Shown piece by piece: positions 1-14,375 of a stretch of DNA of 64,000 nucleotides. Below the pieces are notes generated by a model. It saw nothing but the letters and a program-made list of their open reading frames with translations. It made no database searches and had not been told where the DNA came from. The stretch's first letter is position 1; every line of letters starts with the position of its first letter. Source of the stretch: Octopus bimaculoides (lineage: Eukaryota); assembly GCF_001194135.2 (NCBI RefSeq), contig NC_068983.1:144464719-144528718 (forward strand). The letters run 5' to 3'. Both the position numbers and the translations under genes were made by a program.

Positions 1-365
1 ACACATACACGCTCACAAACACTCGTTCACAAACAAAAACGCGTGCGCACACAAACACATATACACCACATATATGTGCATACATAGAGAAATATGGATA
101 ATTTGTAAATATAATATGTTTAAACTCACCGCACATGGATCTCTGTAAATAACAAGTTTAAACGATGGTTTATTGAACCTACGCATATGGATTCCTACAT
201 AAACATATTCACAAGCTAGATAATTTAAACCATCGTTTAATACACACACATATATATATATGTGTGTGTGTGTATGTGTGAGTGTGTGTGTGTGTATGTA
301 TATATATGTATACATACATGTATATATGATGTGTGACTGTATATATATACATATACTTATACATT

Positions 366-417
<52 letters not shown>

Positions 418-580
418 CACATGCATATGTCTATAAATATGCATGTGTGTGTCTATAAGTGTGTATGCATATATGTGCATGCTTACATACACAGGCACAC
501 ACGAACACGCATACACACACGAACACGCATACACACACACAACCTTGCAAAATTTGGATAACTGATTATGATCCCACATA
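1..580. repeat. Mixed (CA)n/(TA)n/(TG)n microsatellite-rich tract
   Basis: Directly visible dinucleotide runs; the 188-aa ORF here is mostly CVCV/YIYI low-complexity translation. Confidence 0.9.
130..194 (-). CDS. Candidate 65-nt internal exon (GIHMRRFNKPSFKLVIYRDPCA or ESICVGSINHRLNLLFTEIHV), product unknown
   Basis: Minus strand: acceptor tttatgtag|G (AG at 196-195) and strong donor GCG|gtgagt (GT at 129-128); a unique island inside microsatellites with two open frames. Confidence 0.25.
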
Positions 581-711
581 TGAACACCATAAAAATATTC
601 ATTTCATGCCCTCATATCATTAAGTATTGAAACTCTTGGAACATGTGTATGTTTGTATGTATGCATGTGTGTGTGTCTGTGTGAAATATGTGTTAGGGAA
701 CATTTGTATAG

Positions 712-756
<45 letters not shown>

Positions 757-1536
757 GAATGAGGATATATTTATGTATAAATAATGAATGTCTGAATATA
801 TTTGTGTGTGTGTGTTTATCTATGTATGTATGTAGGTATGTATGTAGGTATGTATGTATTATGTATATGTGTGTGTGTGTCTTTCTGTGTATTCATTTAC
901 ATCTCTGTCTCTCGTTTGTTAAATCTCGTGTTTGCAGATATCGATTGGCTAACAAAATATGCCATCTTCAAAGGAGAGCTTTTAATTTAAGCAGCAAAAT
1001 CTATAGATAATGTGTATGTCAATTCCACGTAGTTAGCATAATGTAACATTTACTTGCATCATGTGTATAAGGACGCTATGAGAAACAAGAAACTTTATCG
1101 CAGAAGTAGACGAAAATATTTCAAAGGAAAAGGCTTATACAAAACCTGACTATAAATAATAATTTGAAATATTTGATTTTCTGTATGAGTGATCCAATGT
1201 GTGTGATTTAAGAGGAACTAGTTCACAGTGGCAATGGTGGCGTTCTAGCTCTGGCATAACCTTCGTCTGAAACAAGGAGGAATAAAGCAAACACGGCTTA
1301 AACACCATAAAAGAATAAAACATGAGAAATGGTTTTTGCAGGTAATCTAAACTGATATGCATAGAGATGGACATAACAAGTTTTGTCTTTACTCACTGGC
1401 TTAAAATAAAAGAAATATTTGCAAAAGTTTGCGTTGACAAAAACATTGGAGAAGGGCATACATGATATGTTGGTAGTTTCTGTCGTGTCTCTTACTGAAA
1501 ATATTTACTGATTAATAATATCAATGCATAAACCAT

Positions 1537-1680
1537 GCAGCGAGCTGGCAGAAACGTTAGCACATCATGCACAATTTTAAGCGTCATTTCGTCTTTCTTC
1601 ACGTTCAGAATTAAAATTCTGCCGAAGTCTACTTTGCCTTGTATTCTTTCGAGGTCGATAAGATTAGCATTTCTGGGATG
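1537..1680 (+). mobile_element. tRNA-derived SINE, family A, degenerate 5' part
   Basis: gcgagctggcagaaacgttagc head shared with the copies at 46503 and 50155; A/B-box-like spacing. Confidence 0.75.
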
Positions 1681-2344
1681 TAATCGTCTTACACACTCCC
1701 CCAAAATTACTATTCTTCTTCCAAACTTTGAAACCAATATCAATACGTAGACAAAATCTCGGACGAAAGACAGAAGATCCATTGGCTTTCTGTTTGCTTT
1801 AAAATCCTGCGAAGCATGTAGCATTAAGAGATGAGGGCTGTGCTAATTTTTGTACAATATGAGTTACCTTGACACAAAGCGTTCAGTCGTGCATTTATTT
1901 ATGGCTCATTGGCTTATAACATTTCAATATGTCAAAATTTCAGAGTAAATAAGGCATCTGGGTACTTGGTGGTTGAATCATGAGTCGACAATCCCTTAAT
2001 GGTTATAACTTAATGTGTATCAAGTTATAGCTTCCCGAATTATTGAAATAGATAATACAAGGAATACTAGGAAAGTATCCTACAGAAAACAAACGCAAGG
2101 GATATTTCTTTCTTGCATATTACGTTACTGGAAACACATTTCAACTATGTAATTTTTCAATTATACTCACTTTAAAATATACCTTTCGATATTTTCACTG
2201 CTGATGTTAAATTACTTTCTTCTAACAGTTTATGCTAGATACCACGTCCCCTATTCTCCGATGTTTTTTTAAAAATAAATATCAAAGTATTAGAATAACA
2301 ATTGTGTAAGCATATATGCCCGCAGAAGTAAGCAATAGAAATAT

Positions 2345-2351
2345 CTGTCTG

Positions 2352-2418
<67 letters not shown>

Positions 2419-2462
2419 GTCTGTCCGTCTGTCTGTCTGCCTGAGTGTCTGTCTGTCTGTCT
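2345..2462. repeat. (CTAT)n/(CTGT)n tetranucleotide microsatellite
   Basis: Directly visible. Confidence 0.95.
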
Positions 2463-2806
2463 GAAAGTGCACACGCATGTAAAAGAATAACACGAAACAA
2501 TATCAGTGACATTTCAAATATATAATTCTGTAGGTTCTAAATAATTATTCTCCAGCACATGTAGAAATGTATATTTTGAAATATCATTGATATTGTTTTC
2601 TGTTGTTCTTTCAAATTTATAAGAGTATATCCATGTATTATAGCTTATTCTGCTGCACATGCATCATTCTATATGTATATACATCTTACACGTGATTTGG
2701 GAGTTAAACTGGATAAACAAGCAAATATAGTTATTACCCGTGCTTTCACACGCAATACTGTATATATATACATACATATAGACACGCATACACATCCATA
2801 TCCATA

Positions 2807-2880
<74 letters not shown>

Positions 2881-2954
2881 ACGAAAGATTAATTTGCGAA
2901 GGTGTCATTAATTCTATTATTATCCAATGTAACTATTTTAAGAATGATAATAAC

Positions 2955-3346
2955 AGAATCAATGACACAGAGAGCAGGCTAAAAATGGCATTAAATAGCC
3001 GAGGGATTAAAATTAATGAAAGGACATACTAAGTATGTCTACCTGCTTGAAATAACAGTCAAAACTCATTATTAAATCGCCAAAAACAGCACAAACTTCA
3101 CAACGATGAGTTGGGAATCTCTAATCTTGGTAACGCGTGCTGAAGAAGCTAAGGCTTATTTTGCCAGTGCAGAAACCGGTCCACGTGAGTCCAAATACTT
3201 GAACGTATGCTAGTTGATTGTCTTAACCGAATTTGCCTTCGGTTGATTTCTGTAGTTATCATGAGTGTATTTTTGACGATTTGATCATGAGTTTTGACCG
3301 TTATTTCAAGCAGGTAGACATACTTAGTATGTCCTTTGATTAATTT
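2955..3346. mobile_element. RTE-like LINE RT C-terminal remnant, present as an inverted duplication
   Basis: Plus-strand GLKLMKGHTKYV and minus-strand KGHTKYV...EINRRQIRL resemble RTE GLKIN..KTK.M / EI.RRI motifs; 3010-3069 and 3287-3346 are near-perfect reverse complements. Confidence 0.55.
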
Positions 3347-3542
3347 ATATATATATATACATAAATCATATATATATATATATATATATANNNNNNNNNN
3401 NNNNNNNNNNNNNNNNNNNNNNNNNNNNNNNNNNNNNNNNNNNNNNNNNNNNNNNNNNNNNNNNNNNNNNNNNNNNNNNNNNNNNNNNNNNNNNNNNNNN
3501 NNNNNNNNNNNNNNNNNNNNNNNNNNNNNGTATGTATGTATG

Positions 3543-3576
<34 letters not shown>

Positions 3577-5618
3577 TATATGTATACATGTATATATATT
3601 TCTAACATATAACCCAAATCACTTTTTAATGCTTATTATTTTCTCTATGCCATAATTTTATCTATATTTCATTATTATTATGTTTATATATCCATATATT
3701 TATATGTCCATGTATATTTTTAGCATTCATATATTTTTATATTTTTATATCTCTAATATGTCAATATATGTTTCAGCATGGACAATTCTTATTTTTATCT
3801 TAATTAAACCCGTATATTAACAATTAGAAGTTGATCATTGGCATTAAAAAGTCATAGTTTAGCTGTAGTTTAAAAACATTTACAGCTTTTTCAGTTTGTT
3901 ATATTGGAAGTAAATTTGCATTTATCTCTTTCCATTTAACAAACATCATCAGAATGTTTTAGAGTTTATCGGAGGAATATAGATAGGAGAAGAAGGAAAC
4001 GGAAAAGGAAAAGCGTAACAAAGTTCGTTAAGCCTTTAGGCTTACATTTTTGTGTGCTTTAAGGTTCCACGTATGTGTACATTTCATGAATTAGATGAAT
4101 GGAGCTATAAAGGTGGAAAATGACAAGTTGACCGGCGGTGTTAGCCGAAAGAGTTATACTTGGTAGTAATATCCAGTGTAATTAATTGTAATAAATAACG
4201 CTGTTTGAGACCGCTAGATAATGCCCTTGTTAAAATTAAGGATGCTCTTAAAAGTTTAAGTGCGATATACGGTATAAATTGGGGTTACGTAAAAGCCATA
4301 ATAAATATATAAGTAAATAAATAAATAATAATGTTGTTATGTGCGGCGCGGGCTATCTACTCGTTAATAAAATTAAAACCCAACACCGTCGGCTATAATA
4401 GGCTAAATCTCTCGTTTAATCGTGTTTATGCTAGTGGCAGCCCTAACAATTAGTGTGTTAGTCAGTGATCTAACTTTAATGTGAATATATTAAAGAGAAT
4501 TATATCTCCAGAAACCTGTACTGTAGGTATTAGCAGTATTTACAGAATAAGAATTTATCGTTATGTAAGCATGTTAATTTTTCTCGTCTCATTTATTGAG
4601 TAATTCTGATTTGGACATTAAAATGAAGAATTACATTGGACATTTCCATTCGACATTTTTAGTACAATCAAAATGTTTCTCATACTGATGATATAACATG
4701 GATGCTTGCAGTATTAACGAGCTACCCATGGGTCAGCTGTTGGTGTGAATTGGGACGACATATTAAGTTTAACCCCACAAAGCAAGAATTGTCCTCCGAT
4801 GGGCTTCCGTACATTTCCTGCCTGCAGAATTCCATTCACAAGCCTTTCTTCTATTGCAAGCAATAATGAGGTCCTGATAAATTCACCGGATGGAAAAATG
4901 AAACAGTTTTGAATGCATACTTACAAGTTGAAGGCTGATCTAGAGCTTAGCAGCAACAACAGCAACGGTTACTACAGTTACTTTCTTGTTTTCTGTGTTC
5001 GTTTCTATATGTATGACTTTTTGTTCCTTTTCTTCCTAATAGTCTTGTAGATAAACGAGCCCTTGTCATATTGTGCAAACATTAGCGATAAATATAGACC
5101 ACAGACATGATTTTCATACATGCAGTCGTGTTAAGCATCATAAAATAGGCGCCAGCGTTTCGTTATCTCTTCAATGTTTGGTTTTTATGGTCAGCATAAG
5201 TATACTTATATAATTCACTCGACATAGCATTTCTATATGTATCTTATCGGTCCAGTCAATCAATCAATGAATCAATCAATAATAATAATAATGGTAACAA
5301 ATTCCCAGTACCGTGGGTATAGAACATAGCAATGAATATATCCTTGTTGTAATTAATTCCTCATGGCGACCATCAGTATTGAATCTCTCAAAAGTTACCA
5401 ATTTTCTTTTCAGTAAATATGCTGGAAATAATATTTTGATGACTCTCTAAAGGTACAAAAAGTAACGCAGAAAAAATAGTACTAGAATCCACAAAGAAAT
5501 ACAATTGTTTTATTCGATTTCATTTCTTTCTCTGTTCAAATGTGCAAACCAGCATATCACTTTGGTTGGGTTTTATGTTGTCTATTTTCGTTAGATGAAC
5601 TAGACGCCAAAATCAAAA

Positions 5619-5789
5619 CTATATTCGTCTGCGTTGATACTCGTACGTAGTGCCAATTCTCTTTGCTAAATTGGCTTTCTCCTTGGATAAATATGATTCC
5701 ATAGTTGCATGACAATGAAATATTTTCAAGTTATAAAATGTCATAATCACATTCAACAGAGAACGGAAGCCGTCAGCAAGATCTAATTT
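5619..5789 (-). CDS. Candidate exon KLDLADGFRSLLNVIMTFYNLKIFHCHATMESYLSKEKANLAKRIGTTYEYQRRRI*, weak resemblance to the OAS C-terminal lobe
   Basis: Strong acceptor ttttcccttcatttcag| (AG at 5791-5790); only one frame is open (56 codons); alternative donor ac|gtacga at 5646; AATAAA at 5514-5509. The OAS resemblance is by eye only. Confidence 0.3.
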   Translation of the reverse strand, partial: KLDLADGFRSLLNVIMTFYNLKIFHCHATMESYLSKEKANLAKRIGTTYEYQRRRI

Positions 5790-5982
5790 CTGAAATGAAG
5801 GGAAAATTCATATGGCATTTTTTCATTTTGTTAAACGTTGATTCTTGCACCTAAATGTTCGATATTTTCCACAAACAGACCGTATATGCATGTTATTATG
5901 TAGCATCACATGAGTCATGTTTCTTCTTTTCTAACAAACATACACGCTCCCTCCTTCATCATGTCTTCTTTTCGTCACTGAC

Positions 5983-6064
5983 ATTTATCCAATGTCTCCT
6001 CATAATAGACAGCAGTGCGAGATTTGTAACAGATTTGATTGCTGTTTCAAGTAGGTGTGTACAC
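5983..6064 (-). CDS. Candidate 82-nt exon CTHLLETAIKSVTNLALLSIMRRHWIN, phase-compatible with the 5789 exon
   Basis: Acceptor atcgtgcag| at 6066-6065 and donor AAT|gtcagt at 5982-5981; ends in phase 0, matching the next candidate. Confidence 0.2.
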
Positions 6065-6656
6065 CTGCACGATAGAATTTCCTGGGGTAAACAGTTATAT
6101 GGAATTCTATGGAACACAACCACGGGGAATTATGGAAAGGTAGAATTAATTCTATGTGGTAAATAGTTGTACGGAATTCCATAGAACGATATTTATGTCG
6201 GTAAAGTCATGTATCACTGGATTTCTTTATGTACATCTCGAGTATGTATGCCAATAAGCTCCGCTCTCTTGCAACCTAGTAAAACAATATTGTTTCTGTG
6301 TATAGAGCTTCGTAATATGCAGCAACTATTTTATAGCTAGATAAATAATATTCATTTCACTATTAATGTTTGATTTATGGAGTGAGATAAAATTCGCCTG
6401 TTGATATAATTTATTTAATGTTGATACTTAATCTAAAGTAAAGCGCAAGTAGTCTAGTCTTGCACTCCAGTCCAACAGATTCACTGCAGATTCAGTAATA
6501 ATTTTCCTTCATTTTTAGTATACATTACAAGCAAAAGTGAATTGTTCTTGTTTTCGAGTGCATTGCAATAGGCATTCAAAGTGCTTTGTTAAGGCTTTAC
6601 TCAATCAGTGATCGTTTACAATTTGCATATTAAAACGCTGTTTTCTAACTAAACAG

Positions 6657-6689
<33 letters not shown>

Positions 6690-7465
6690 NNNNNNNNNNN
6701 NNNNNNNNNNNNNNNNNNNNNNNNNNNNNNNNNNNNNNNNNNNNNNNNNNNNNNNNNNNNNNNNNNNNNNNNNNNNNNNNNNNNNNNNNNNNNNNNNNNN
6801 NNNNNNNNNNNNNNNNNNNNNNNNNNNNNNNNNNNNNNNNNNNNNNNNNNNNNNNNNNNNNNNNNNNNNNNNNNNNNNNNNNNNNNNNNNNNNNNNNNNN
6901 NNNNNNNNNNNNNNNNNNNNNNNNNNNNNNNNNNNNNNNNNNNNNNNNNNNNNNNNNNNNNNNNNNNNNNNNNNNNNNNNNNNNNNNNNNNNNNNNNNNN
7001 NNNNNNNNNNNNNNNNNNNNNNNNNNNNNNNNNNNNNNNNNNNNNNNNNNNNNNNNNNNNNNNNNNNNNNNNNNNNNNNNNNNNNNNNNNNNNNNNNNNN
7101 NNNNNNNNNNNNNNNNNNNNNNNNNNNNNNNNNNNNNNNNNNNNNNNNNNNNNNNNNNNNNNNNNNNNNNNNNNNNNNNNNNNNNNNNNNNNNNNNNNNN
7201 NNNNNNNNNNNNNNNNNNNNNNNNNNNNNNNNNNNNNNNNNNNNNNNNNNNNNNNNNNNNNNNNNNNNNNNNNNNNNNNNNNNNNNNNNNNNNNNNNNNN
7301 NNNNNNNNNNNNNNNNNNNNNNNNNNNNNNNNNNNNNNNNNNNNNNNNNNNNNNNNNNNNNNNNNNNNNNNNNNNNNNNNNNNNNNNNNNNNNNNNNNNN
7401 NNNNNNNNNNNNNNNNNNNNNNNNNNNNNNNNNNNNNNNNNNNNNNNNNNNNNNNNNNNNNNNNN

Positions 7466-7505
<40 letters not shown>

Positions 7506-7564
7506 CACACACACACACACACACTTATATATATATATATATCTTTTTAGATGCAATAAATTTG

Positions 7565-8110
7565 GCCATAAAATGTAGATGCTTCGCCGGATGGTTCCCT
7601 CGAAATTTCAAAACGAGAGAAAAGGAAACTATGATGGTCTTCTGGAAGATTTTCATTCTCAACCATCTGGATTACTGCTCCCAGCTGTGGTCACCAAACA
7701 GTGCGAAATTAACGACGAAACTCGATCGATCCAGCAAAGTTACACAAAGAGACATATCAGCTACTGGGAGAGACTGAAAGAGTTAAGACTCTACTCCATA
7801 AAATCAAGGTGGGAAAGATATGCAGTAACATACATCTGAAAAATCCTAGAAGAACTTGTACCAAACTTTGATATTGTCAGTCACACAAATAGCAAGATGG
7901 GGCACCACTGCATAGCACCAAAAATCCGAACATTGCCATCAGCGCAGCAATACTACAATATCTTGAGCTTCAAAGGTCTCAGTTTTTCAATATGCTCCCA
8001 CAAAGCCTAAGAGTTGGCGTGGATGTAGGCGTTTTCAAAACAAAACTGAATCTCCTTCTGTCAAGATGAACTTACCACAGATCGGGGCAACAACATCAAA
8101 CTCACGCTAA
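7565..8110 (+). mobile_element. CR1/L2-group non-LTR retrotransposon 3' fragment (frameshifted)
   Basis: LDYCSQLWSP, IQQSYTKRHISYWERLKELRLYSIKSRWERY and KILEELVPN match the post-RT region of CR1/L2-group LINEs. Confidence 0.8.
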
Positions 8111-8224
8111 CAAATGTCACATATCAGAGGAGATTTAGTGACTGTGTGTGGTGCCCCACCATGGCCGCAGTCCTTGGACTGAAACTAAAAGAGAAAGAAA
8201 TAAACACAAGTATATATATATATT

Positions 8225-8320
8225 AGTGGTTCGGCAAAACAGTCCAATAGAATAAGTACCAGACTCAAGGTCGGTGCTCCAGCATGACAGCAGTCAAATG
8301 AGTCAAACAAGTAAAAGAAT
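8225..8320 (+). mobile_element. 3' part of SINE family C
   Basis: gttcggcaaaa...atagaataagtac...ccagcatg...aaacaagtaaaaga is shared, in the opposite orientation, with 49655-49850. Confidence 0.6.
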
Positions 8321-8362
8321 GTGTGTGTGTGTCTAAGTGTGTGTGTCTAAGTGTGTGTGTCT

Positions 8363-8415
<53 letters not shown>

Positions 8416-8749
8416 TATTTATAGATGCATACATAGATGTTTCTGTTTTGGAAAGATTAGAATATAAAAGGTTTCAGGTTTATATTAATAGCTATTGAAA
8501 ACTGGTAGGAATATTATCTGCATTAACTTAAAGGGCTAGGTTAATATTTAGTTAGATAATTTAGGAGTTAGTTATAGGTTTACTTATTGAATTTATTTAC
8601 CGATACTGTTTTTGTACATAGGGTAAATATGTTTTTTTTAAAATTCTAATTTAATTATTAATGTTAGTGTTTAATCCTTCCTAGAATTGAGATTGAATGA
8701 ATGTGGTGATATACATGGTATATTTGTTCCCAAACAACACTTATTTTAG

Positions 8750-8829
8750 TGCTGTTGACACTGTCGGATTGAACGATACTGCCCAGGTGTCAGACCATAG
8801 TGATATCTGTGGGGCAGCTGATGATGGAG
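8750..8829 (+). CDS. Candidate 80-nt internal exon (AVDTVGLNDTAQVSDHSDICGAADDG), product unknown
   Basis: Acceptor ttattttag|, strong donor GAG|gtatgt, one open frame, and higher GC than the flanks. Confidence 0.35.
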
Positions 8830-10740
8830 GTATGTTGGATTGTTGGTATGGCTGTTATTGTATGTGCGGAATAGCTTTATAAGACATCTATTTAGTACCT
8901 GTATACATACATACATAATACGTCAGCCTTCAGGACTTTAGTCAACTCATAAGGCATTGGGCAATCCAGCAACCCAATGCGGTGATGCGAGTCGTATATC
9001 TTTTTGACTTATATATCCATCCACAATAAAACTATTTCAGCATAAATTCCATGCCCTTATTTGCTATTGTTAAGAAACTTCTTCCTGCCAAGGTGTTTGC
9101 AACGCGTATTAATGGTCTATAACGATAGCTGAAACGAAACTGCGTCGCAATATAATAACGGTTACTTCATAGTTGTTAATGAGTAGATAATAATCGGAAA
9201 CACCAAAGTTTCTTCACTTGCAATGACAATATAAATGTAACGAGGCTCATATATATTTCAGTGATAGTATTGCGAATTCTAACAGAGACTCAGAGAAGTT
9301 CAACTGGAAAATTCTCACTGGTCTAATAATCTGAATCGTCGACGATGTTAACTCAGAATATTTGCAATCAGTAATATAACTTATTACCATACTACATTCA
9401 TTGCAACTATAAAAATGCCATCAATATGCATTACATCTCTTGACGGTGAGATTAATGGTCACTATCAAATACATTATCTTCATAACGTATAGAAAATTTG
9501 GAGATTTCGAAACTTCAAGTTTAAATGTATTTTCCCCAAGCAAGAATTATCTTAAGGATGGCGATAGATATTGCTTGTTTTGGTTCTATGCAAATGTGAT
9601 ATGGAAGCTACTTAATAAGTTTTTCCAAGATATAATTGATGAGGAGGTCTAAGACAAACTTCGTCATATCCTGATTAATAACACCACACTTGAGATTAGA
9701 TCACATCAGAGAAGTTATACATGAAATTAATCCATTTACATGAGGTAATGAGTCATAGAATTTATCTTATCTCTGTTATATTTCCATTTAAGTGTCTGAC
9801 AAATATATTTTCTACTAAAGGAAACTGTATTTTATTTTGTGAACACCTCTGTATCCCAGAATCATTGTACTTATATCTAGAAGTGACACAATGCACAATA
9901 GTCTTTCTCAGAGACTCTCGATCACAAGTAGTTGGATTAGATCTGCGCTTCAGGAACCAGTTTCCCGATAGTTTATCACATGTACATAGCAGTAGTGTAA
10001 ACCAATTTGTATAGTACCATAGCTGCATCATGATTTCTTTGGTTCCTCTTCTAACACATGATTACAAAACAAAATCCTGCTCAAGGAGACCAGAAGTATA
10101 ATTATTGTATTAAAGTGGTTGATGAACTATCGCTTTTAAACACCCTGCTACGAAATACAAAAAGATTAGCATTGATTTTCAATAATATGAAATTATGTAA
10201 CAAATCTTTTCAAGTAGAAAGCCTCCCCATATTCTTTTTTCTCCGGTTCTAAATCAATGGCATTCTATTAAAAATCTTAAGTAGCTATACGCTCGAATCA
10301 TTAACAACAAAGAAATCATAGATTTAGAATTTATTGGGTTGACAACGTAAACATTTACTCCAGTAACATTGAGAAAGTCTACATACAAGGTTATTTAATA
10401 AAAACGCATTCATCAGAACGGAATTTGATAACGATGAAAACTGCATTTATCATAAGCCAGATAACAACTACTCAGAAGACGCCATTATGAAAAATATGTC
10501 TAAATCTTGTATATGGATTATATATTAAGTGTTGCGCCAGAGAGGCAATACTCAACGGCCAATATCAATTATGTGGCAAACAAGCTACTATACGGCAGCA
10601 TTAGGAAAATATTCATAACTTGAACCATATATGAATAAGAAAATATATTCAAAGATCAACTACAGAAAATACCTGTTACGCTGTAATACGAAGAAACGTA
10701 AGATTTTCTGCGTCGGTAAATAGTAATGTAAATAAAACAT

Positions 10741-10979
10741 TAATTCCTATCATAGTAGGCGCATTAGGTATGATTAAAAAAAGACATTCAGACAAGTGCA
10801 TAAAAGAAACACCAAGACCAACAAGCATATATAACATACAGAAAACAGCACTAATAGGCACCGTACACTTCAATACAGTGAAGATAAAAGCATCACAACG
10901 AACCACAGCACATACCCAAGGTACACAGAGTTGCGCTCGGTAGTGCAGTGAAATCACGTGATAAAAATAAGACTACTGA
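10741..10979 (+). mobile_element. R4/Dong-like RLE non-LTR retrotransposon, extreme 3' end (copy A)
   Basis: IPIIVGALGMIK...YNIQKTALIGT C-terminus followed by a 3'UTR and (TAA)n tail; near-identical to 12557-12805. Confidence 0.8.
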
Positions 10980-12806
<1,827 letters not shown>

Positions 12807-12875
<69 letters not shown>

Positions 12876-12898
12876 TAATAATGATAATGATAATAATG

Positions 12899-12960
<62 letters not shown>

Positions 12961-13010
12961 TATTATTATTATTATTATTATTATCGTTATTTATTATTAT
13001 TATTATTATC
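12807..13010. repeat. (TAA/TGA)n tail switching to inverted (TTA)n at about 12960
   Basis: Directly visible. Confidence 0.9.
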
Positions 13011-14277
13011 ATCATAAAGTACTGATGAAAATGATTTCTATCTTAATTTGTTCCTTAGAGAGAAGAGTATAGCCGTTTGATATATCCCCAGTATATTAAT
13101 AGTAATATTGATAATACTATTTTGAAATTGCCTGGGATTGAAACAATGAAGAGAACAAAGAAATCCGATATGAAATGTTTTAACTCATATAGCTTGTCAG
13201 TTTTTTCATATCTCAACCGCCTTCTACATTACTCAAACAGGAAAAAAAAACAATAAAAACAATAACAGCCATAATTAACGGAAGTCTATGTTATAAAGTA
13301 AGAAGTTGATTACACAGTTAAATGATTGATATAAATTGTTTAATCAGACGGTCACAAATTATAGCGTAATGATTTATACAAATGACGAACGAACGTAGGT
13401 GATACTTTACTTCAGCTGATTAAAAGACAACTCATTCTCGCTATCATTTTCAAATTAGATAATAAATTTAATTAAGCAATTTAGAGACGGAAGAGTATCA
13501 ATTAGCAATGTTTTGTAACTTACAAAGTGTGAAACATCTAAATGCATAGAAGTAACGATAGCGATTTTAACATAGACACACCGGCGGAAGTTTTGATGGA
13601 AGATACAGTTATATTATATTGGTTCAATCTTAGTTATTAAGTAGGACACTGGGTAGTTTTGAATATTATTCAGTTATGTCTGGTCGGAAACGGAAACATC
13701 TAAACAATTCAAGATATTTTGCCGAATATGTCACCTGCCGACTGTCAAGTGAAATAGCAGCAGAATGTTGGAAATGTTGGTTCAGGCATCTTTTGAATTT
13801 TTAAAATATGTTTAAAATTATTTGAAATGTCCTTCATTGTAAAGTATCTATCTGAAGAAAACGGTTTCTTTGGAATTGATATAATGTACTCATTGATCAA
13901 TTAAATGAGTCGATAGAAACGACCGTAATGGATTGACACCTATCCTTCATTTGTTATTTATTTATTTTATTTACCTGTCTCAGAATCAGCCCTTCGAATA
14001 TTCTCAAGTTTATTACGGACAAATAAAGTGTTCATTGCTCTGACTAGCTCAAGAGCGGATTGTATATTCAGCTGAATCTAATTTTCTGCAAGCACTACAA
14101 GAATTTTATTCTGCGGTACTTATATACCAAGGTTGATATTTGCAAATTATTATTTTGAGTGTATATTATTCCAGCTTAACTAGGTGCATCAACTAAAGTA
14201 CCTTATTCAACGGAATATTACATAGACGCCGCCGTATTGTTATATATATATATATATATATATATATNNNNNNNNNN

Positions 14278-14298
14278 CATCCTCCTCCTCCTCCTCCA

Positions 14299-14363
<65 letters not shown>

Positions 14364-14375
14364 AACAATAATAAC
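14278..14375. repeat. (CCT)n/(CTA)n trinucleotide tract
   Basis: Directly visible. Confidence 0.9.

Noticed and set aside
1150-1374. Minus-strand ORF/acceptor at about 1268 as a continuation of the OAS-like candidate
   Set aside because: The phase-compatible frame stops after a few codons; no OAS RPVILDP motif.
1867-2080. Strong minus-strand acceptor (ttttctgtag) and donor (aag|gtaact)
   Set aside because: All three frames between them contain stops.
9762-10031. 89-aa minus-strand ORF (MMQLWYYTNWF...)
   Set aside because: No recognisable domain and no convincing splice donor; the resemblance to OAS or piggyBac motifs is too weak to support.
13965-13985. Other AG|GT juxtapositions (here, about 21685, about 42530, about 44230, about 62925)
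   Set aside because: Weak polypyrimidine tracts; expected by chance in AT-rich DNA.
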